Positions 33,601-41,496 of a stretch of 64,000 nucleotides of DNA are shown piece by piece. This DNA is from Acidimicrobiales bacterium (GTDB lineage Bacteria; Actinomycetota; Acidimicrobiia; Acidimicrobiales; Bog-793). The notes beneath the pieces are model-generated. The model did not search any database, was not told where the DNA came from, and saw only the letters and a program-made list of their open reading frames with translations. Position numbers and translations under genes: made by a program. Every line of letters begins with the position of its first letter. Within the stretch, counting starts at the first letter, position 1. The DNA lies in assembly GCA_035533595.1 (NCBI GenBank), contig DATLTN010000032.1:184-64183 (forward strand). The letters run 5' to 3'.

Positions 33601-33875
33601 CACGCGACCGCCTGCAGTGTCTCGACCGGGTCGGCAGCGCTCGGGGAAGGGACGGTACCGGTCGTCGCCGTTGCCCACGGGCCCCCGCCGGCGAACGCAG
33701 CACCGTCGAAGACGAGCGAGAGCACCCCGCAGACGAGCGACATCGAGAGGAAGGCACCGGCGGCGGCCCGGAACGCGCCGCGCCGCCGCGCGTGCCGGCG
33801 GCCCCGACGACCCGCCGCGGGGTGGGCGCGGGTCAACGAACGACCCGAGCGCGGGCGCGCCGGAGTCCACGGCAC
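24621..33875 (-). CDS. giant (3084 aa) secreted multi-domain surface protein/adhesin with C-terminal polytopic membrane domain
   Basis: Signal peptide; Cys-rich SCxSxxxCxAVG repeats; NHL-like and YVTN-like propellers; putative Ig, MBG-like and TWPTP-type repeats; Thr-rich linker; multiple TM helices. CACAAT -10-like hexamer just before GTG 33875. Confidence 0.85.
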   Translation of the reverse strand: MPWTPARPRSGRSLTRAHPAAGRRGRRHARRRGAFRAAAGAFLSMSLVCGVLSLVFDGAAFAGGGPWATATTGTVPSPSAADPVETLQAVACGTSGNCIAFGKYTDSSSDVQGVVETEQNGLLAFGQAATLPSDAGSNPSVSFSAAACPSSSVCLAVGNYTNSSGAVMPLVETDSSGSLSATAPSLPSGAASNPYATVKSISCPALGTCSAVGNYYNGSTNLGLLMSLSSGSWSSTTLTAPSNASQTPGITLSGVSCGSTAKCSAVGGYQDGSNDTLGFTVDETSISANTWSSATEATLPSGTANDPFAQLRQISCSSALVCAAVGSYNDPSNHAQGVLLNRTAAGWASGIEASAPANSNRTVDQIESVSCPADGGCTAVGFYEDSAGSFQGFGLAETSTTSWGTESELAAPSNAGGNGYPITPSLVSCPSVGNCGLFGTYYDTNTHVQGLVDLESGGSWSQLTGVALASPASDPAVAASAIACPSVGTCSAVGRFTESTTHREGFLVTASFTAQSITFTSSIPGSDPVASQYTPTATGGASGNPVTFSIDASSASVCSISGGVVTYNAVGTCTVDANQTGSSSYGAAPQVQQAISVTQGIQTVSFTSTAPTAATVGGSYAASASGGGSGDPVTFSLDASSTSGACTISGSTVTFVSLGECVLDANQAGNTNYAAATQVQQSFTTRPADGSVLFDDQSSGLYLQAPGGSPLQVGYFGRGVAADASGDLWGGTASTTVDYWPAGAAAAGTIHVGTSSAKGPSVDNAGDLVVPDAAAATVYKVPHGGSASVLVAPSAGLGSSVRFSAITKDGSTVYLADSSNNRVEEIPFAGGAMRTVSTGGLGLNSPNGLAVDGAGDLFISDTNNNRIIEVPVSGSPSVVSTGSKTLNAPLGLATDVAGDLYVDDSGSGNVYKIPAGGGTPTTPYSASGHFVYGVAVASEPPTWSADTPPTSATANTAYAGYTFTASDPNGVSAHYEVAPGGSLPGGLSLNSASGALGGTPTASGSSTFTVAAYDGANLVDSASTTITVAAHAQSVSFTSAAPVAATVGDTYAVTASASSGLSPTITVAASTTSSACSFSAGSVTFDHAGSCVLAADQAGNSAYSAAAEAQQTITVHQLAPSLSWAIPGATTVSAESDAFPGASTGVNLTAGQSVFVTASGLWSPGGGLPLADANGEVGTSFGGCELAPSGWAGELVGSLDGGSSWFTLGDGPSTVAGPGDLLLASNDCPPAGDFSDNFGTLAVTLTPVITYGAALPATDLDASASVAGSYAYSSSAGTVLGAGLHNLSVTFTPTDSADYSTVSTTGGLDVVPAQLSITASSGSILHGGAPPSITPLYSGFVNSEGVAALTTAPSCSTTATASSPVGLYPTSCSGAVDANYAITYAPGQVTVGQATPLVTWPTPAPITYGAVLSASELDASASVPGTLSYTPPLGSLPDAGSQTLQVAFTPTDSVDYTAASASVSLTVAKAQQHITYAFSPNANASLQTTVATPAGAVGTAVSPDGASAYVVNQSTGTLSVLNTASDAVTASVAVGSQPSALALAPDGHTAYVTNRGGATVSVVDLLTDTVAATVNVGSQPEGIALSPDGSRAYVANTGSGSVSVIDTASHAVVSTLAVTPGAMGVAVSADGSTLYVTEPSFAKVAVVDLDSGALAATTGLGGSPSGVALSTDGSTLYVANGALNSVQVLATSSDAVTATVSGLAGASSVAVAPDGSTVYVAEGSSAQVSTFSTTTDALDSSVALGGSPAAVAVSPDGLHAYVANSSGGLDVLAAGGVTVAGTFEVSPSGGPSGNTLRLSIAAATTNGACTISANLVSFAHVGLCVVEADQLGGTDYTASQVDEEVAVGQGTPAVTWSPPTPVTFGTALSATQLDATASVPGTLSYTPALGSVPAVGTANLSATFTPTDGADYRTVTASVSLQVTQGSSAVAFTSSPPAAVYGGSYTLTATVSPARVAVAAFSIDPASGVGVCTLSGGTVEFTGTGACVIDATAAATTSFLQASASQRFTVAGAPLTVTASSAAFSYGSAAPAVTANYAGFVRGDDAGTLATEPTCSTSASASSSVGSYATTCSGGSSSRYTFSYVAGTAKVTQVTPSVDWPTPAGITFGATLSSGQLDADSPTPGSFSYTPALGSSPAAGSDTLSVTFTPTDSTDYATVTKSVILTVAKAAPTVTWTAPGPLTYGTALSATQLDATSAVNGSFSYQPSSGSVPAAGSDTLSVTFTPADPQDYTAATKSVTLSVGKAIPVVTWTTPAAVTYGTTLSPTQLDAASAVPGTFAYQPAAGGTPAGGSDTLTVAFTPANTANYTPARASTTLLVNPATPTITWPTPAAITEGTVLSATQLDASAPVPGSFSYQPAAGSTPSAGNVTLSASFTPTDATDYATATSSVSLQVGPAAPATTTTTTTTTIPTTTTTTTLAPGPGSGSTSTTLAPAPSGDVAIDIVGQPGISITHGHVHVHGKGFRPRSSVSIVAHSTPTELGTSRVAGNGTFDANVGLPSNLATGAHHIVVSGTLKNGSIVAQTEAFTVATGALLGSVGTVPPGPLANDVAFVPSAHKASVLATTAGTTAALGAVSSALGGGSGGGSGGGSKGGGSDGGGYLEDVELERTRLKLKGGPRGDRSRSWRWPLTDKLDHFSKHSPVRIAAISPVAGRVFVDGDYLRAMFGGAWLLFCAAALAVGLYASASTGWYAVPPSLGLFLAVLGFSLFDSTLGYLAGIAFFAAALFAGHITSTNEIRDGAGIVLLWFAVPLAAAALRPLRRNLHRSLGGLWDRGADLVIGGLFAAWAAEKMTGALAGLAGVDLPIEKDINVIAFSVLGFLAARLVLETIAAHHYPRRLERVTHDGVLESENLQVGLSLVVQVVLFLFISISYTGSSWPLYVGAAVFFAPLVPWLFAEKIPKSKFVTKWKPAGLVNWFLIITTGVLLSRLLGHLVHDAKLAEALGFILLPLPVLVSWSLELFETDEEDEDEDEEAGEGEEGEGDGYQGEGGEEQEGVEREAELVLVGAASGGEHGHPVADEAFGYLEHESARTQFRAAEAERGMTRAERAAALPASREWARRLAGVPLVVVSVYLVVTHIAGG
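26695..27610 (-). repeat. four tandem coding repeats of about 225 bp (TWxTPxxITYGxxLSxTQLDA...TFTPTD..DY)
   Basis: Four adjacent units of about 75 aa; three more dispersed copies upstream in the same gene. Confidence 0.85.
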
Positions 33876-34338
33876 GGCTCATTGTGGAAAGTGCGACCGA
33901 AATCGCCCGCTATCGACTGGATCATCAGGGCTTCGGCATCTGGTGTTGAGGATACATGGGAGCGCCGAATAGTACCGGCCTCGGCGCGCATTTATCGAGA
34001 AATACCCTGCCCTCGCGACGGTACTGAACCATCTGTATTGGATTCGGCCACGGAGCGTGGGTGGCCCGTTACCCTCTGCGCGCAATCGCGACGTGAGGTT
34101 CGCCATTCTCCCCATGAAATGGGGCTTCTGGCGAAGAGGCGATGCCAGCCGACAAACCGGCACCCCGCACAAATTGCACACGCATTGTATGAATAATGTA
34201 GGGGTCGCGGTGCCGTTATAGGACGTTCCTGAAGCACGTCAGTGCATGTGATTCACCACGCTCGGTACCCGGAATAGGGAGCGATTGTCGGTTAGAGGGG
34301 AAGGGGTGACCGTCGAGAGCGGGCCGCGATGCCGAAGA

Positions 34339-35067
34339 TCAGGCGCGCAGCAATCTGGGCTCGATCCGCTCCTCGACGGCCGAGCCGTCCTCGGCGCGCA
34401 CGTGGTAGGCGCCCTTGCCGCGGATCTCGGTGACCGCCTCGACGAGCGTCGTCCCGCGGTAGAGCAGGCCGACGCCGTCGTCGGTGGCGTACCCCTCCGG
34501 GAGTGAGCCTTCGGCGACGAGCCGCTGGAAGAGCGGGCGCCGCTGCGGCTCGGAGTCGTAGTGGACCCCGTTCGCGTAGGGGAGGAAGCCGAGACCGTTG
34601 TGCACGGTGACGAGGTCGGGCCCGAAGGAGTCCGTCGTGCCGCCGAGGTGCCAGCAGATCGAGCCCGCGGAAACCCCCGCGAGCACGACCCCGGCCCGCC
34701 ACGCTGCCTCGATCGCGCCGTCGAGGCCGTGCAGCCGCCAGAGCGCGAGGAGGTTCGCGACGCTCCCGCCGCCGACCCAGACCGCGTCGTGCTCGAGGAG
34801 GAAGCCCGCGAGGTCGGCAGTGGGGGGCATCGGAAAGAGCGGGAGATAGCTGACGCTCACGCCAGCCGCGGCACCCGCCTCGCTCATCCAGGCGGCCTGA
34901 TAGCGCTGGTCGCCGCCGGCCGTCCCGATGTAGCAGAGGCGGGGACGTCCGGTCGCGCCGGAGAGCTCGATCGCGAAGTCGATCAGCGGTGCGAAGCCCC
35001 ACGTGCTGCGCTCGCCGCGCTGGACCCCTCCGGAGGTGGCGAGGATCGTCGGTGCATCGGCAGTCAT
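34339..35067 (-). CDS. peptidase E (S51 family, type 1 glutamine amidotransferase-like)
   Basis: VWVGGGSVANLL, GVSAGSICW, GVHYD, YATDDG. Confidence 0.88.
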   Translation of the reverse strand: MTADAPTILATSGGVQRGERSTWGFAPLIDFAIELSGATGRPRLCYIGTAGGDQRYQAAWMSEAGAAAGVSVSYLPLFPMPPTADLAGFLLEHDAVWVGGGSVANLLALWRLHGLDGAIEAAWRAGVVLAGVSAGSICWHLGGTTDSFGPDLVTVHNGLGFLPYANGVHYDSEPQRRPLFQRLVAEGSLPEGYATDDGVGLLYRGTTLVEAVTEIRGKGAYHVRAEDGSAVEERIEPRLLRA

Positions 35068-35080
35068 CGGTGCTCCCCTC

Positions 35081-35701
35081 TCAGCTGTCTGCCCGGCGCT
35101 CGGCGGCGACGGCGACGATCCACGCCCAGGCTCGGTCCACCATCTCCTCGAGCTCCTCGAGCGTGCCGAGGTTGATGATCACGAAGTCGGCGGCCCGCAG
35201 CCGCTCGCCGCGGTCGATCTGCGCCGCGAGCCGAGCGCGCGCGTCGCCCTCGGACATCCCCCGTCCCTCGACGAGGCGCTCGATGCAGAGCTCTTCGGGG
35301 GCGTCGACGACGAGCACGCCGTCGAGGCCGTAACACGAACGGCCGTCGGTCTCGACGAGGAGGGCGACGTCGAGCACCGCGACCCTGTCGTCGTCGAGCG
35401 TGGCGAGCTCGGCGTCGATCGCTTCCTGCACGGCGGGATGGACGATGGACTCGAGGTCGCGCCGGGCGACGGGGTCGGCGAAGACGATCGCCGCGAGTGC
35501 GGCACGGTCGAGCTCGCCGCCCGCCCGAAGCACTCCGTCGCCGAAACGCGCCGCGACCGCCACGAGGCCGGCAGTCCCTGGCGCGACCGCGCGGCGCGCC
35601 AGCACGTCGGCGTCGACGATGTGGGCACCGCGCGCGCTCAGCATCGCCGCGACCGTGGACTTGCCGGCGCCGATCGCGCCGGTGCAACCGATGCGCACCA
35701 T
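35081..35701 (-). CDS. coaE: dephospho-CoA kinase
   Basis: GCTGAIGAGKSTV, DADVLAR, LDRAALA, LESIVHP, DVALLVE. Confidence 0.95.
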   Translation of the reverse strand: MVRIGCTGAIGAGKSTVAAMLSARGAHIVDADVLARRAVAPGTAGLVAVAARFGDGVLRAGGELDRAALAAIVFADPVARRDLESIVHPAVQEAIDAELATLDDDRVAVLDVALLVETDGRSCYGLDGVLVVDAPEELCIERLVEGRGMSEGDARARLAAQIDRGERLRAADFVIINLGTLEELEEMVDRAWAWIVAVAAERRADS

Positions 35702-35719
35702 GCGCCCGGCCCTGGGCCG

Positions 35720-37345
35720 TCAGGCCTCGGGGCTGTCCTCGGTCTCGGGCTCGGCCGCGGCAGGCGTCTCGGGCTCCGCAGGAGCCTCGGCAACCGCGGG
35801 CTCTGCGGGAGCTGCCGCCTCCGCTGGCGCTGCGGGCGCGGGAGCTGCCGCTGCGGCCTTGGCGGGGGCCGCGACCTCCTCGGGCTCCGTGGCCACCTCG
35901 GCCTCGGCCGCAACCGGCTCCGGCTCGACTGCGACGGACTCAGCCGCGGCAGTCTCGTCAGCGACGGCTTCGCCGGGCGCAGCCTCGGCCGCGCCTTCGG
36001 CGGGCTCGCCGCTGGCGTCGGTCGCCGGGGCGTGGCCTGCCTGCTCGGCGAAGTCGGCCCATGCCGCCTGCGCCTCGGTCTCGGGGGTGAACTCCGCGGC
36101 GGAGAAGTCGTACTCGCCGATGTAGTTCCCCTCGGCGTCGTAGTTGTGCTCGCCGAAGGCCTCGCGGTACTCCTCGGCGACCTCGCCGCCCTCCGCGGCC
36201 TGCTTGATCGAGAGGCTGATGCGACGACGGTCGAGGTCGATATCGATGATCTTCACCCACAGCTCCTCGCCGGCCGTGACGACCTGCTCGGGGAGCTCGA
36301 CGTGGTGGGCGGCCATCTCCGAGATGTGCACGAGTCCCTCGATGCCGTCGCCGACCTGCACAAAGGCCCCGAAGGGGACGAGCTTGGTGATCCGCCCGTA
36401 GACGAGCTCGCCGACGCGGTGGGCGTTGGCGAACTCCTGCCAGGGGTCGGACTGCGTCGCCTTCAGCGAGAGGCTGATGCGCTCCTTCTCGAGGTCGACG
36501 TCGAGCACCTGCACGGTGACCTCGTCGCCGACGGAGACGACCGAAGAGGGGTGGTCGACGTGCTTCCAGGAGAGCTCGGAGACGTGGACGAGACCGTCCA
36601 TCCCACCGAGGTCGACGAAGGCACCGAAGTTCACCACGGAGGAGACGACGCCCTTGCGGACCTCGCCGGGCTTCAGGTTGACGAGGAACTCGCCGCGCTG
36701 CTCCTTCTGGGTCTCCTCGAGCCACGCCCGCCGCGAGAGGACGACGTTGTTGCGGTTCTTGTCGAGCTCAATGATCTTCGCCTCGAGCGTGCGGCCGACG
36801 TAGGGCTGGAGGTCACGCACCCGGCGCAGCTCCACGAGCGAGGCCGGGAGGAAGCCGCGGAGGCCGATGTCGAGGATCAGGCCACCCTTCACGACCTCGA
36901 TGACCGGACCGCGCACGACGCCGTTCTGCTCGCGGATCTGCTCGATCGTCCCCCATGCGCGCTCGTACTGGGCGCGCTTCTTGGAGAGGACGAGGCGCCC
37001 CTCTTTGTCCTCTTTCTGGAGGACGAGCGCCTCGATCTCGTCACCGATCGAGACGATCTCGTGCGCATCGACGTCGTGGCGGATGGAGAGCTCACGCGAG
37101 GGGATCACGCCCTCGGACTTGAAGCCGATGTCGAGGAGGACCTCGTCACGATCGACCTTCACCACCGTGCCGGTGACGATGTCGCCGTCGTCGAACTCGA
37201 CGATCGTCGCGTTGATCGCGTCGTCGAAGGAGAGGCTGCCGAGGTCGTCCTCGACCACCTGCGCCGGCGTGTACACCCCCTCGGGGTCCAGGGTGCCGAG
37301 GGGCGCGGCAGCTACGGGGGATTCGGTCGTGGAGGTCTCGGACAT
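35720..37345 (-). CDS. rpsA: 30S ribosomal protein S1 (four S1 domains plus Ala/Glu-rich tail)
   Basis: DIGFKSEG, GFLPASLV, FGAFVDLGG, GLVHVSELSW, RISLSIKQ; ATG at 37345. Confidence 0.97.
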   Translation of the reverse strand: MSETSTTESPVAAAPLGTLDPEGVYTPAQVVEDDLGSLSFDDAINATIVEFDDGDIVTGTVVKVDRDEVLLDIGFKSEGVIPSRELSIRHDVDAHEIVSIGDEIEALVLQKEDKEGRLVLSKKRAQYERAWGTIEQIREQNGVVRGPVIEVVKGGLILDIGLRGFLPASLVELRRVRDLQPYVGRTLEAKIIELDKNRNNVVLSRRAWLEETQKEQRGEFLVNLKPGEVRKGVVSSVVNFGAFVDLGGMDGLVHVSELSWKHVDHPSSVVSVGDEVTVQVLDVDLEKERISLSLKATQSDPWQEFANAHRVGELVYGRITKLVPFGAFVQVGDGIEGLVHISEMAAHHVELPEQVVTAGEELWVKIIDIDLDRRRISLSIKQAAEGGEVAEEYREAFGEHNYDAEGNYIGEYDFSAAEFTPETEAQAAWADFAEQAGHAPATDASGEPAEGAAEAAPGEAVADETAAAESVAVEPEPVAAEAEVATEPEEVAAPAKAAAAAPAPAAPAEAAAPAEPAVAEAPAEPETPAAAEPETEDSPEA

Positions 37346-37657
37346 GTGGAGGTCTTTCGGAGGGGCGGGACGGCATGCAGCGCCGCGTGGCCGACGGTTG
37401 ATGGATTGCGGTGTGGCGCCGTTGATGGGGGCGCCTTCCCGCAGCTCAATGGTACACCGGCGCCCGGCGGAGCCGTCCTGGCGGCGGTGTCCGGCGGGAG
37501 GCCGACGGGGCCGAGCGGTGTGCGGTGGTGCGCGACCCCGAACACCGGGTGCCCGCACTCCAAGGACGAGGAGCAGGCGAGCGTCGAGCCCGCCCTGGAG
37601 GTGCATGGGGCGTAACGGACGCCGACCGGCGGAGCGTTCAGTCGGCGCTGCAGCCGA

Positions 37658-40375
37658 TCAGGCCGGCTTCGCGTCGGACCAGGTCTTCCCCCAGGCGACG
37701 TGGACGTCGAGCGGGACGTTCAGCGCATAGGCGTCGGTCATCGCCGAGAGCGTGAGGCGGTGCGCCTCCTCCTGCTCGTCCTCGGGGACCTCAACGAGGA
37801 TCTCGTCGTGGACCTGCAGGACGATCCGTGAGGAGAGGCCGGCCTGCTCGATCGCCGCGTCGAGGCGGACGAGGGCGAGCTTGAAGATGTCGGCGGCGAG
37901 GCCCTGGATCCCAGCGTTCATCGCCTGTCGTTCGGCGGCCTGGCGGACCCGGAAGTTGTCCGAGGCGAGCTCGGGGAGGTAGCGGCGACGGCCGTACTCG
38001 GTCTCGGTGTAGCCGCGGGCGCGCGCCTCGGCGACCGTGGCGTCCATGTAGGCGCGGACGTTCGGGAAGACGACGAAGTACTGGTTGAGGATCTCTGCGG
38101 CCTCCTCGACGGGGATCGAGAGGCGCTGCGAGAGGCCGTAGGCCTCCATCCCATAGGCGAGGCCGTAAGAGACCATCTTCGCCTTCGCGCGCATCTGCGC
38201 GGTCACGCCCTCGGGGGCGACGCCGTAGATCGCGGCGGCCGTCGCATTGTGGATGTCGCGGCCCTCCTCGAAAGCGGCGACGAGGCCGGTGTCCCCCGAG
38301 AGGTGGGCGATCACCCGGAGCTCGATCTGGTTGTAGTCGGCGACGAGGAGGGCATGGCCGGGCGGGGCGACGAAGGCCTCCCGGAAGCGGCGCCCGCCGT
38401 CGGTGCGGACCGGGATGTTGTGCAGGTTCGGCGCGTCCGAGGAGAGTCGGCCGGTGCGCGCCACGGTCTGGTTGAAGCTCGCGTGGATGCGGCCGTCGGG
38501 GGCGACCTCGGCGAGGAGGCCCGTCCCGTAGGTCGAGCGGAGCTTCTCGACCTCGCGGTAGTGCAGCAGCACCTCGATGATCGGATGCTCGTCGCGCAGC
38601 TTCTCGAGGGTCTGCGCGTCAGTCGAGTAGCCGGTCTTGGTCTTGCGCTGCGGGCGCAGGCCGAGCTTCTCGTAGAGCACGATGCGCAGCTGGGGTGGCG
38701 AGTTCAGGTTGAAGGGCTCGCCGGCGATCTCGTGGATCTCGGCCTCGAGGCGCGCCGCCTCCTCGGTGAGCTCGGCGTTGATCTCGGTGAGCAGCTCGGC
38801 GTCGACGGCGATCCCGGCGACTTCCATCTTCGCCAGCACCCGCACGAGCGGCCGCTCGATCGTCTCCCACAACGAGGCGCCGCCGAGCTCCGCGAGCTCG
38901 GCGAGGAGGCGCCGGCCGATCACGTCGACGACCTCGGCGCGGCGCGCGGTCGCCGTCGGCAGGTCGTCCCCGCCGTGCTCCTCGAGGGCGAAGCCGAGCT
39001 GGCCGGAGGAGGGGGCGGGGGTTGCTGCGAGCTCGACGCCGCGGCGACGGGCGACCTCCTCGAGCTCCTCCTGGCCGAGGGAGGGGTCGACGAGGTAGGC
39101 GAGGACCGCGGAGTCGGCGGCGAGGCCGGTGAGGTCGATCCCCGCGGGGAGGACGGCGCGCATCAGCTCCTTCGCGCGGTGGGCGACGACCCGCCCCGGG
39201 TCGTCGCCCGGGCGGGCGGCGAACAGGGCGTTGAGCGCCGCCACGAGCGCGGGCTCGGCGAGGAGCGCACCGGGGAGATAGGCGACCTCGGCGCCGTCGG
39301 CGGCGGCGATCGCCAGCCCCTCGACGGCGCTGCGGCCGGGGGTCCCCGCCCACGCCGCCTCGATCGCCACGCTTCCCGCGGTCGCGGTCTCCGCGGCCAG
39401 CTCCGTGCACCACTTCACCGCTTCGTCGAGCTCGTCGAGGTGGTGCAACGGGCGCGCCTTGAGGGCCCCGGCCGCGGCCGCCGGGGCGGCGCCGGCGAGC
39501 GATCCGAGGACGGCCATCAGCCGCTCGCAGGGGCGCTTCATCTCCAGAAAGACGAGGAGCTGCTCGACGCGCTCACGGTCGACGCGGTCAAGGGCGAGCT
39601 CCTCGGTGCGGTACTCGAGGGGGACGTCGCGCACGATCGGCGTCATCTGCAGGTTGCGCCGCACCTGCTCCTCTGAGGCGGCGAGCGATTCGCGGAGCTT
39701 GGGGGTCAGCTTGTCGAGGTTGGAGAAGATCCCGTCGATGTCGTGGTAGTCGTTCACGAGGCGCGCCGCGGTCTTCTCCCCCACCCCCGGCACGCCCGGC
39801 AGGTTGTCGGAGGGGTCGCCGCGCAGCGCCGCGAGGAGCGGGTAGTCGACGGGCGAGACCCCGGTGCGCTCCCGGATCCCTGCCTCGTCGTAGAGGGCGT
39901 AGTCCGACACGCCGCGCCGGTTGTAGAGGACCTTCACGAAGGGGTCCTCGACGAGCTGGTAGGCGTCGCGGTCGCCGGTCACGACCGTCACCGAGTTGCC
40001 CTGCGCCGCGAGCTCGGTGGCGAGGGTGCCGATCACGTCGTCGGCCTCGAAGCCCTCGGCGTCGAGGAGCGGCACGCCGAGCGCCTCGACGAGCTGGCGG
40101 ATGAGGCCGATCTGCTCGCGGAGCGGCTCAGGGGTGGGCGGCCGGCCGGCCTTGTAGTCCGAGACGATCGCGTCGCGGAAGGTCGGACCGCTGCGGTCGA
40201 AGGCGACCGCGATCCCGTCGGGGCGGCTGTCGTCGAGGAGCTTGGTGAGCATCGAGACGAAGCCGAAGATCGCCTGGGTCTGCTGACCGGAGGCCGTCGC
40301 GAGGCCGGCGTCCTGCAGCGCGAACCAGGCGCGGTAGGCGAGCGAGTGCCCGTCGAGGAGGAGGTAGTTGGGCAA
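37658..40375 (-). CDS. polA: DNA polymerase I
   Basis: LLDGHSLAYRA, YKAGR, GDPSDNLPGVPGVGEK, TGRLSS, ADYNQIELR, LQVHDE. Confidence 0.97.
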   Translation of the reverse strand: MPNYLLLDGHSLAYRAWFALQDAGLATASGQQTQAIFGFVSMLTKLLDDSRPDGIAVAFDRSGPTFRDAIVSDYKAGRPPTPEPLREQIGLIRQLVEALGVPLLDAEGFEADDVIGTLATELAAQGNSVTVVTGDRDAYQLVEDPFVKVLYNRRGVSDYALYDEAGIRERTGVSPVDYPLLAALRGDPSDNLPGVPGVGEKTAARLVNDYHDIDGIFSNLDKLTPKLRESLAASEEQVRRNLQMTPIVRDVPLEYRTEELALDRVDRERVEQLLVFLEMKRPCERLMAVLGSLAGAAPAAAAGALKARPLHHLDELDEAVKWCTELAAETATAGSVAIEAAWAGTPGRSAVEGLAIAAADGAEVAYLPGALLAEPALVAALNALFAARPGDDPGRVVAHRAKELMRAVLPAGIDLTGLAADSAVLAYLVDPSLGQEELEEVARRRGVELAATPAPSSGQLGFALEEHGGDDLPTATARRAEVVDVIGRRLLAELAELGGASLWETIERPLVRVLAKMEVAGIAVDAELLTEINAELTEEAARLEAEIHEIAGEPFNLNSPPQLRIVLYEKLGLRPQRKTKTGYSTDAQTLEKLRDEHPIIEVLLHYREVEKLRSTYGTGLLAEVAPDGRIHASFNQTVARTGRLSSDAPNLHNIPVRTDGGRRFREAFVAPPGHALLVADYNQIELRVIAHLSGDTGLVAAFEEGRDIHNATAAAIYGVAPEGVTAQMRAKAKMVSYGLAYGMEAYGLSQRLSIPVEEAAEILNQYFVVFPNVRAYMDATVAEARARGYTETEYGRRRYLPELASDNFRVRQAAERQAMNAGIQGLAADIFKLALVRLDAAIEQAGLSSRIVLQVHDEILVEVPEDEQEEAHRLTLSAMTDAYALNVPLDVHVAWGKTWSDAKPA

Positions 40376-40425
40376 CGAGTCCAGCCTACGAGCTGGCGCC
40401 GGCGGGCGCGCCCGCCGAGGCGGGC

Positions 40426-41397
40426 TCAGAAGTCGTCGCAGTAGGCGAAGCCGACGCCGATCGGAGCAGCGTACAGCGGGACGTAGTCGACGATCACCGC
40501 CCCGTGGCCGTCGGTCGTCCCTGCAGCGGCGATCCAGTTGCAGGTCTCACGCGTCCCGGCCTGCGGCCCTCCCCGGCTCGGCAGGTGGGTGACGTGGTCG
40601 CCACCGCGCATCTCCTCCTCGGGGACGTCGCGGTCGAGGTCCTGGCTCGCGTCGCCGGCCGGGACCGCGTAGGAGTCGAAGTGCTCGGCCCAGGCGGCGA
40701 TCTCCCCCGTGTGCAGGTGCTCGAGGCCGCGACGGTCGAAGTCCTCGTCGAGGTAGGCACCGTCGCGCCGCGGCGTGTGCCAGAGGCCGCCCGAGCCGAT
40801 CGCCACGACGCGCAGGTCGTCGGGGTAGTCCTCGATCACCCCCCGCGCCGCACGCCCGACCTCGAGGTGGCGGCGGGCCGAGAGCTGCGGCGCGTAGTAG
40901 GCGTTGGTGAGCAGCGGCACCGTCGGGATCGACCACGCGTCGTAGTAGTGCAGCGGGTTCATCACCGCGTGCGGCATGCCCCGCCCGTTGCGGGGCGGCG
41001 CCATCGAGAAGGCGGGGTCGAAGCCGCGCTCCATCAGCCCGGTGAGGAGCGCGGTCGCGAATTTCGGGTGACCCTTCCCCCGGCGCGCCTCGCTGCCGCC
41101 GCGGCCGGTGAACTCCTCGCCGAGGTAGACCGAGATCGCCGGGAAGTTGTCGAAGTGGAAGTACTCGTACTGGTCGTCGCCGAAGATGAGCAGGAGGTCG
41201 GGCGCGAGCTCGGCGAGCTTGTCGCCGAGGGCCGCCGAGGCCTCCCGCATGCGGAGCGACTTCGCCGCCATCTCCTCGTCGCTGTCGCGCGGCACGTCGG
41301 GGCGCAGGTGGCGGATCTCCCGCTCGACCTTCCACTCCGGCCACGGCCGGTCGACCCAGGCGTGGCTCGTATAGATGACCCCCGCGAGCTGTGCCAT
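40426..41397 (-). CDS. extradiol ring-cleavage dioxygenase, LigB/MhpB-like (class III)
   Basis: TSH, GDDQYE, HAV and GSGGLWH motifs; ATG at 41397 with RBS. Confidence 0.8.
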   Translation of the reverse strand: MAQLAGVIYTSHAWVDRPWPEWKVEREIRHLRPDVPRDSDEEMAAKSLRMREASAALGDKLAELAPDLLLIFGDDQYEYFHFDNFPAISVYLGEEFTGRGGSEARRGKGHPKFATALLTGLMERGFDPAFSMAPPRNGRGMPHAVMNPLHYYDAWSIPTVPLLTNAYYAPQLSARRHLEVGRAARGVIEDYPDDLRVVAIGSGGLWHTPRRDGAYLDEDFDRRGLEHLHTGEIAAWAEHFDSYAVPAGDASQDLDRDVPEEEMRGGDHVTHLPSRGGPQAGTRETCNWIAAAGTTDGHGAVIVDYVPLYAAPIGVGFAYCDDF

Positions 41398-41496
41398 GCC
41401 CCCTCCTCCGACCGCCCGCCCGAACGGTACCCGCTGCCCGGCTCCGCCGGCGGTCCGGCCGCGCCGAGGCGCGCTGGCGCCGAGCAGAATGGGGGC

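Noticed and set aside
24357-33972. Long plus-strand ORFs (1110, 659, 468 aa etc.) opposite the giant gene
   Set aside because: Arg/Gly-rich antisense frames with no domain signal
35720-36060. Long Ala/Glu/Pro-rich S1 tail as a fusion
   Set aside because: Acidic low-complexity tails after four S1 domains are ordinary for actinobacterial RpsA
35003-37615. 870-aa ORF antisense to rpsA/coaE
   Set aside because: Mirror of conserved genes with strong codon bias
37346-37657. Possible structured rpsA leader
   Set aside because: Only short GC-rich stems; no motif I can support
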